This document shows positions 57,981-64,000 of a stretch of 64,000 bases of DNA, piece by piece (the first letter of the stretch is position 1; each line of letters begins with the position of its first letter). Both the position numbers and the translations under genes were made by a program. This DNA comes from Marinicella sp. (GTDB lineage: Bacteria > Pseudomonadota > Gammaproteobacteria > Xanthomonadales > Marinicellaceae): the NCBI GenBank assembly GCA_965230295.1, contig OZ246001.1:1472001-1536000 (forward strand), read 5' to 3'. The notes under the pieces are model-generated. The model did not search any database. It was given only the letters and a program-made list of their open reading frames with translations, and was not told the DNA's origin.

Positions 57981-59579
57981 TCACTCAAAATCATCAGCAA
58001 AAATCAAATCCACCAAAGGTTGAACATCGACTTGCCAAGTGTATTCAAAGGTAGGCAAAGTACCGTGTTGGCTGACATCAACCACCGCCGAATTGTCTTT
58101 GACTTCGACTTTGATTTCAACTTGACCAACCGCTGAAGGGGTATATTGAAAACTTTGTGTGACCACAGATGAGTTATTGGCACCCTGATTGACACCAGCC
58201 ACAAACCAGGTCACTTGTAAATCGTGGGTAGGCTGTAAAGTATCGATTGAAAAATTCATTGGTACCGATACATGACCGGTTGGTGTTTGACTGGCAGGAA
58301 CCGGGCTGTCAGGTTCAATCAGACTCAACAATCCTCCATCAGCAAAGGGAACGGCATAGACCCGATCAACATAGGCTTCTTGGCATACCTCACAAAATCC
58401 AAAACCCAAAAACTGCATGTTACAGGCATTTTTCGGCCGATACATGCCTGAGCTCAAATACCTGGCGCCCTCAAACAGACCAACCACGGTGTCGTACTGG
58501 CTGGTTTCAGGTGTTGGAATGGGTGTCGAACCTGCAATCAAATGATTCCATTTGATGCTGTTGCGAACAGTTTGATCGGTCACATTGGCTTCACAGGGTG
58601 AATTACCGGAAATGTCACTACAGGGTGGAAAACCAGGAAAAGGTGTGTCGTATTCATCTGCCAGACCGGTGAAGCTGTGGCCGTATTCATGGATAAAAAT
58701 ATCATCGGCCAGGCTGTTGGTCGAAAACGTTGAAATGGCTCCACCAGCTCCACCGTATTCATTGTCATTAACAATCACAGAAATGATGTCCCAATCCGGG
58801 CTGGCCGCAGCGGCCACCAATACTTTAGAGCTGTTGATGGTTAATAACCGCTGAATGTTGCTGGTGCAATAAGTCGCATCAAAGGCCGTATCAACAAAAC
58901 TTGGAGCTGCAAAACAGGGTGCCGGTTTGTCTCCGCCTGATTGGTTACTGGCTGTAAACAACCGATCAAAACTCACAAAATTCGCATAGTTTTGATAAGG
59001 AACAAATGTCAACATATAAGCGACCACTGAATCAACATCGGTGTTGAACGTACTTTGTTGGCCACTGGTATAACCATCGCCCATGAACAATAAATTGATG
59101 CGGTTATCGGTACCACCTCGATGAGATTGGGTGTATGTTTGTGGCCCCAACGCTTTGGCATTGGCAACCAACTGGTTGTAATCATGAACCTGGTCGAATG
59201 TATTCATGGTTTCAGGCAACTTGATTTGTGAAACCAGACCTTGCTGGCTACGAATCACAAATGAAATGGTCTCATTTTTAAACACCTGTCCATCTATGTG
59301 GTGGTGACCATGGTGTTCCGACCGGGTGTATAAGGCATGCTTCAATGACACTTCGCCAACCAACTCATGATCTGCACCCAGTAGCTGTACATTGTGGTGA
59401 TCCCGGTGAGGTGATTCGATTTTTCGATTGGCTGGCAAATCGACGATTTGGTGGTATTCAGCAACCAAACCGGCTTGTTCATTCCAACTCAAAACCAGGT
59501 AATCAGTAGGCACCGCATGTGTTACAGTGGTGAATAATGCCAGCAGAATGACTGACAACAGATGTGTGATATGTTTCAT
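57981..59579 (-). CDS. Secreted peptidase M64 family protein ending DLIFADDFE
   Basis: Signal peptide, GDGYT, YGGAG, HEYGHSFTGLADEY, GLFEGA, YRP...C.M, FC.VC. Confidence 0.88.
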   Translation of the reverse strand: MKHITHLLSVILLALFTTVTHAVPTDYLVLSWNEQAGLVAEYHQIVDLPANRKIESPHRDHHNVQLLGADHELVGEVSLKHALYTRSEHHGHHHIDGQVFKNETISFVIRSQQGLVSQIKLPETMNTFDQVHDYNQLVANAKALGPQTYTQSHRGGTDNRINLLFMGDGYTSGQQSTFNTDVDSVVAYMLTFVPYQNYANFVSFDRLFTASNQSGGDKPAPCFAAPSFVDTAFDATYCTSNIQRLLTINSSKVLVAAAASPDWDIISVIVNDNEYGGAGGAISTFSTNSLADDIFIHEYGHSFTGLADEYDTPFPGFPPCSDISGNSPCEANVTDQTVRNSIKWNHLIAGSTPIPTPETSQYDTVVGLFEGARYLSSGMYRPKNACNMQFLGFGFCEVCQEAYVDRVYAVPFADGGLLSLIEPDSPVPASQTPTGHVSVPMNFSIDTLQPTHDLQVTWFVAGVNQGANNSSVVTQSFQYTPSAVGQVEIKVEVKDNSAVVDVSQHGTLPTFEYTWQVDVQPLVDLIFADDFE

Positions 59580-59835
59580 ACCAGCCCCCTTTCAAATGCC
59601 CCATCGGAATCAACAGACTTGCCCAGACATCAAATGACATGATCATAAGGACTTGTCTTTGATAAAAATAATTATTATATCTGATGGGTTACTCTTAACC
59701 AACCACAAACGTCTTTTTTAGCGGGTTGGTGTTTTCAATTGTTTACATATGAGACAACAAAATGTGTGGTAATTTAATTGTGAAGAATCCGCAAAAATCT
59801 GCGGTTTCAGTTAGATTCATTCATAGGAGTGTAAA

Positions 59836-60096
59836 ATGACTTTAGAAGCTTTAATTATTACCTTGGTTGTAGGTGCAATTGCAGGGTGGTTGGCAGGTAC
59901 ATTAATGAAAGGTTCCGGCTATGGTTTGGTACCAAACATAGTCATCGGTATTATCGGTGCTTTTGTTGGTGGTTACGTTTTTGGCCTATTGGGTGTTTCG
60001 ATTGGCGGTGGAATTGTTGGTTCAATCATTATGGCCACCATTGGCGCCATCGTCCTACTCCTCATCATTGGTGTGCTTAAAAAAGCCACCAAGTAA
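59836..60096 (+). CDS. GlsB/YeaQ/YmgE (transglycosylase-associated) membrane protein
   Basis: GAIAGWLA..MKG.G.G...NIVIGIIGAFVGG...ATIGAIVLL; AGGAG RBS. Confidence 0.9.
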   Translation: MTLEALIITLVVGAIAGWLAGTLMKGSGYGLVPNIVIGIIGAFVGGYVFGLLGVSIGGGIVGSIIMATIGAIVLLLIIGVLKKATK

Positions 60097-60123
60097 TTCC
60101 CAAAACGTGGCTTTTAAAACCAA

Positions 60124-60152
60124 ACCCTCAGGAACTACTGGTTTCTGAGGGT
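60124..60152. terminator. Hairpin between convergent genes
   Basis: ACCCTCAG...CTGAGGGT overlaps the stop codon of the GGDEF-EAL gene. Confidence 0.45.
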
Positions 60153-61874
60153 ATCGGCCTTGGCAGGTCGCCCCAATAAAAACCCTTGAAAATAACCACA
60201 ACCCAAAGCGGCCAAACAGTCTTTTTGATCTTGCGTTTCCACCCCCTCTGCGATGACATCTAAATTCAATTCTTTTGCCATCAGGACCATGATCTTGATC
60301 AATGAAATATCGGTTTTTGAGTCGGGCAGTTCTTTAACAAAACTGCGGTCTATTTTTAAAGCATTGAAGCGGATTTTTTTCAATTGTGACAAGTTGGAGT
60401 AACCCGTACCAAAATCATCAACAAAAAATCGCAGGCCTTTTAATTCACGTTGTTGCGTTAGCTGGGTGATGTAGTCATTCATGTTGACCATCACATTCTC
60501 CGTCACTTCTATGGCCAATTGTGCGGGGGCGGTCGAAGTGCTTTTCAACTTATCAATCAAATAAGCCTTGAATGATGGGTGCATCAGTTGCTTGGGTGAA
60601 GCATTGATGGAAACATATTCACCACTCTGACACTGTTGTTGGATGAATTGAATGGCTTGATCAATCACCAGTTCCCCCAGCGGCAAAATCAGGTCTGATT
60701 CTTCGGCAATGGCAATGAACTCACTGGGGCTGACTGAACCAAAAATCCTGTCGTTCCAACGTGCCAGGGCTTCATAACCAATAGGGCTTTGCTGCTCGGC
60801 ACTGAAGATCGGTTGAAAGTGAACTTCCAATTCTTTGGACTTGATCGCATCACGCAAATAAACATCCATCTCAAGTTTGCGTTTGATGGTCATGGTATAG
60901 GCTTCTTGGTAAAACTGATGACCACCTCGGTTGTTCTTTTTAGCCACATACATGGCGGCATCGGCATGTTGTGCCAGGGTGATCACATCACGGCCATCTT
61001 CAGGGTACGTTGCAATGCCTATACTGGCATTGATGAACACCCGATGTTGGTTCGAATCGAATGGCTTTTTAAGGATGCGGAAAATGTTTTTCGTGACTTT
61101 TTCAATTTCGGCCTTGTCTTTGTAATCAACCAACAACATGAATTCATCACCGCCAACTCGCGCGACCTCACCACCTTCTTTGGCCACCTTGACCAAACGA
61201 TTCCCGACGGCTTTGATCAAGGCATCGCCTACTGGATGACCATAACTCTCATTGATGAACTTAAAGTCATCCAAATCGAGAAAAATCATGGCAAACTTTT
61301 CGTCAGATTGTTCTGCCCTTTCAATGAACTCTGTGGCCGCTGTGATCAAAGCGGACTTGTTCATCAGCTCAGTCACCGGGTCGACATTGGCCATCCACAC
61401 CAACTTTTCATTGACACTTTGTAATTCTTCGGTCCGATCAGCCAGAATCAATTTCAGTTTGTTGTTGGCCTCGTTCAATTCTTTTTCATAACGGGTTATT
61501 TCAGTGATGTCAGTGATCACACCACACAACACACCGCCTAACTTGTCATCCTGGAAAACCATTTTTCTGACTTGCAGGTTCACTTGATTGCCCTTTGAAT
61601 CAATGATGGTTTCAAGGCTGACAATCGCTTCAAGTGAAGCAAAGGCTTCGTCGTCTTTTTGGCGACAAATTTCAGCTTCATCTGCATTTAAAAATTTATA
61701 ATCTACTTTACCGAGCATTTCAGCCCTGCTTCGGCCCATCAATTCACAGAATGCATCATTAACCAGAATCAAGCGATGCTTTTTGTCTTTGACAAACACA
61801 GGCGTAGGCAAAGAGTTGATGATGCTCTCGAATAAAGCGGCTATTTTCAAGCCTTGTTGCAGGACATCAACCAT
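60135..61874 (-). CDS. PAS-GGDEF-EAL c-di-GMP signalling protein
   Basis: PAS (VFVKD...VNDAFC), DLDDFK.IN..YGH..GD, RVGGDEF, YEALARW, DDFGTGYS, LKIDRSF, AEGVE. Confidence 0.92.
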   Translation of the reverse strand: MVDVLQQGLKIAALFESIINSLPTPVFVKDKKHRLILVNDAFCELMGRSRAEMLGKVDYKFLNADEAEICRQKDDEAFASLEAIVSLETIIDSKGNQVNLQVRKMVFQDDKLGGVLCGVITDITEITRYEKELNEANNKLKLILADRTEELQSVNEKLVWMANVDPVTELMNKSALITAATEFIERAEQSDEKFAMIFLDLDDFKFINESYGHPVGDALIKAVGNRLVKVAKEGGEVARVGGDEFMLLVDYKDKAEIEKVTKNIFRILKKPFDSNQHRVFINASIGIATYPEDGRDVITLAQHADAAMYVAKKNNRGGHQFYQEAYTMTIKRKLEMDVYLRDAIKSKELEVHFQPIFSAEQQSPIGYEALARWNDRIFGSVSPSEFIAIAEESDLILPLGELVIDQAIQFIQQQCQSGEYVSINASPKQLMHPSFKAYLIDKLKSTSTAPAQLAIEVTENVMVNMNDYITQLTQQRELKGLRFFVDDFGTGYSNLSQLKKIRFNALKIDRSFVKELPDSKTDISLIKIMVLMAKELNLDVIAEGVETQDQKDCLAALGCGYFQGFLLGRPAKADTLRNQ

Positions 61875-63243
61875 GCTGGAAACGCGGTAATTTCTGTTTA
61901 ACCAAACGCTCGGCCCGAGCAAAATCAACCTGTTCAACAGCCTCAATACCTGTACTCAGGTCGGTCAGTATTTTGGCTTGGATTTTGCCCCGAGAAAAAG
62001 CCTGTGCATAAGGTATCAGGTGGAACATCACCATCGAATAACGTGGGATGAAATACTCAGGTAGGCGCCGCTCCAGTTCAAATGCAATGGCTTTTTTTAA
62101 ATGAAATTTAGGGTCATTGACTGTGGCACGCATTTCAACATAATTTTCCAAGGCCATGTCAGCAATGGCGTTGCTGTTGGCCATGCGACTTTCAACAAAG
62201 GCTGACATGGCCAATTGCCAGTCATCCTGATACAGATCCAGGGCTTTGTCCATGGCCACACAATCCTCAAACCCTGCATTCATACCCTGTCCATGAAAGG
62301 GGACGATGGCATGGGCGGCATCACCCGTCAAGACCGCTCGGCTGAATTGCCAATCATGACACCTGATGGTACCCAAATAGCCCGTGGGGTTGTTGAAATA
62401 ATCATTCACCAACTCTGGGATCATGGGTTTGGCATCTGCAAACTGTGCATCAAACAAGGCATGCAATGCCGGTTCATCGTTGATTGATGCAAAACTCACC
62501 GGGCCTTCATTGGGCATGAATAAAGTGAGGGTAAAACTGCCATCCGGGTTGGGCAAGCCAATCATCATGTAATCATCACGAGGCCAAATGTGCAGGGCTT
62601 CTTTTTCTAATTGAAAAACGCCATCAGGTCCAGGCGGGATATTGAGCTCTTTGTAAGAATGGTCCAGTAATTCTGCAGTGAACTCTGTTTCCTGACGGTT
62701 TTTCATGGATTCCCGCACCTGACTGCCACCGCCATCGGCACCAATCAGATAATCATAATCAACCATCACAGTCTGGCCTTGAACCTGGCTGTTGACCGTA
62801 CAGTTGTGTTGCTCAAAATCAATGGCAACACATTCATGTTTGAAGAAAAATTCAACCTGTCCTGTGGCTTCAGCAGCATCGCGTAAAATACTGACCAAAC
62901 CAGCACGAGACACCGAATAAATCACTTCTTCAGGTTTTTGCCCATAGCTTTGAAATTTAAGCTGTCCTTGTTCGTCATGCAACATGCGCCCTTGCATGGG
63001 AATCAACAATTCATTGACCTGATCCATCAGGCCCAATCGATCCAAGGCATCGATGCCGCGATTGGCCAGCGCCAGGTTGATTGACCTGCCTGCAGAGATG
63101 GCTTCTTTGCGGATGTCTGGCAGTTGCTCATAAACACTGACTTGATAACCACGTCGTGCCAAATAGATCGCATGCATGGATCCCACCAGCCCGGCGCCCA
63201 TGATCACAATGTGCTTGGGTTGGTCGTTGTTGTTTTCGCTCAC
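61867..63243 (-). CDS. kmo: Kynurenine 3-monooxygenase
   Basis: GAGLVG, GRSINLALANRG, LHIWPR, GDAAHAIVPFHGQGMNAGFEDC, ENYVEMR. Confidence 0.92.
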   Translation of the reverse strand: MSENNNDQPKHIVIMGAGLVGSMHAIYLARRGYQVSVYEQLPDIRKEAISAGRSINLALANRGIDALDRLGLMDQVNELLIPMQGRMLHDEQGQLKFQSYGQKPEEVIYSVSRAGLVSILRDAAEATGQVEFFFKHECVAIDFEQHNCTVNSQVQGQTVMVDYDYLIGADGGGSQVRESMKNRQETEFTAELLDHSYKELNIPPGPDGVFQLEKEALHIWPRDDYMMIGLPNPDGSFTLTLFMPNEGPVSFASINDEPALHALFDAQFADAKPMIPELVNDYFNNPTGYLGTIRCHDWQFSRAVLTGDAAHAIVPFHGQGMNAGFEDCVAMDKALDLYQDDWQLAMSAFVESRMANSNAIADMALENYVEMRATVNDPKFHLKKAIAFELERRLPEYFIPRYSMVMFHLIPYAQAFSRGKIQAKILTDLSTGIEAVEQVDFARAERLVKQKLPRFQHG

Positions 63244-64000
63244 AATGAAGCCTCCAAAATATCTACAAAACGAACACAGTCTTGGTATGAATTGTACAAC
63301 GGCACTGGAGCCACTCGAATGACATTCGGTTCGCGCCAGTCACAGGTCACGCCAGCCAATTCAATGGCATCAAACACCTGCTGGCCGGTTTTGTTGTTGC
63401 TGTTGACACAAATTGATAATTGACAACCACTCAAAGTTTCATCAGGAGTGATGATCTCCACACAATCCGCCAAACGGTTGTTCAATAAAAAGCGTAAATA
63501 AGCAGTTAATTGCTTCGATTTGTCGCGAAGTACAGAAATTCCGCCGGCTTGTTTGAATGTGTCAAGTGAGGCCCTGATGGCTGCCAATGACAAGATCGGC
63601 GGGTTTGATAACTGCCAACCTTCTGCGGTTTGTATCGGAATGAAGTGGTTCTCCATTTTAAATCGAGTGGCTTTGTCATGGCCCCACCAGCCTGCAAATC
63701 TGGGCAATTCAGTGTTGTCGTGGTGCTTCTCATGAACAAAACAACCAGCCACTGAACCCGGACCAGAATTCAAATATTTATAGGTACACCAGGCCGCAAA
63801 ATCCACGCCCCAATCATGTAACTGCATGACTACATTGCCTGCCGCATGGGCCAAATCAAACCCCACTGTGATGTCATGATGTTGTGCCGCATCCGCGATG
63901 GCTTGCATGTCAAAAACCTGACCAGTGTAGTACTGCACACCTGGTAACAGAATCAACGCCAACTCATCGGCATGGGCATCCATGGTGGCCAGGATGTCTT
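63240..64000 (-). CDS. kynU: Kynureninase; 5' part outside the window
   Basis: GVQYYTGQ, GFDLAHAAGN, WCTYKYLNSGPG, GWWGH, DWREPNVIRVAPVPLYN. Confidence 0.93.
   Translation of the reverse strand, partial: DILATMDAHADELALILLPGVQYYTGQVFDMQAIADAAQHHDITVGFDLAHAAGNVVMQLHDWGVDFAAWCTYKYLNSGPGSVAGCFVHEKHHDNTELPRFAGWWGHDKATRFKMENHFIPIQTAEGWQLSNPPILSLAAIRASLDTFKQAGGISVLRDKSKQLTAYLRFLLNNRLADCVEIITPDETLSGCQLSICVNSNNKTGQQVFDAIELAGVTCDWREPNVIRVAPVPLYNSYQDCVRFVDILEASL

Noticed and set aside
1-64000. Prophage, integron, IS transposase, known defence system, rRNA/tRNA
   Set aside because: No ORF with integrase, transposase, phage structural, nuclease-defence or RT motifs was recognised, and no attC-like or tRNA-like sequence was seen. 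This was by eye only.

Overview
Gene-dense chromosomal window of about 44% GC (estimated by eye). Gene content and style suggest a marine gammaproteobacterium, possibly Marinicella-like or another Lysobacterales/Xanthomonadales relative; this is an inference. Most genes are housekeeping or peptide/amino-acid catabolism: MidA-type methyltransferase, PPTase-PLD-ABC-GspE-GATase operon, yebC, MoxR/Bat operon, sufT, gor, kynurenine-pathway genes split over two loci, M2/M19/M56/M64 peptidases, bioH-bioC, an ECF sigma/Ser-Thr kinase module and a PAS-GGDEF-EAL protein. I found no rRNA, tRNA, transposase, integrase, cas gene or CRISPR array. The most interesting signals are outside the ORF track. (1) A dispersed, modular intergenic element family occurs 4 times (53, ~260, ~265 and ~355 nt) with shared termini and covarying hairpins; a 114-nt inner module is identical in two otherwise diverged copies. 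(2) An unannotated minus-strand sRNA candidate at ~21.5-21.83 kb has a near-consensus sigma70 promoter and two related long hairpins with anti-Shine-Dalgarno C-rich loops. (3) A 105-bp x 3.5 tandem array is built from two alternating hairpins that share an AACCGCA motif. (4) A D-x-[IL]-F-x-[DS]-[GD]-F-[EN] motif is shared at or near the C-terminus of three unrelated secreted proteins and is a candidate sorting signal. (5) The ABC permease gene carries a 1-nt frameshift. All protein calls come from motif recognition by eye; no database searches were run.
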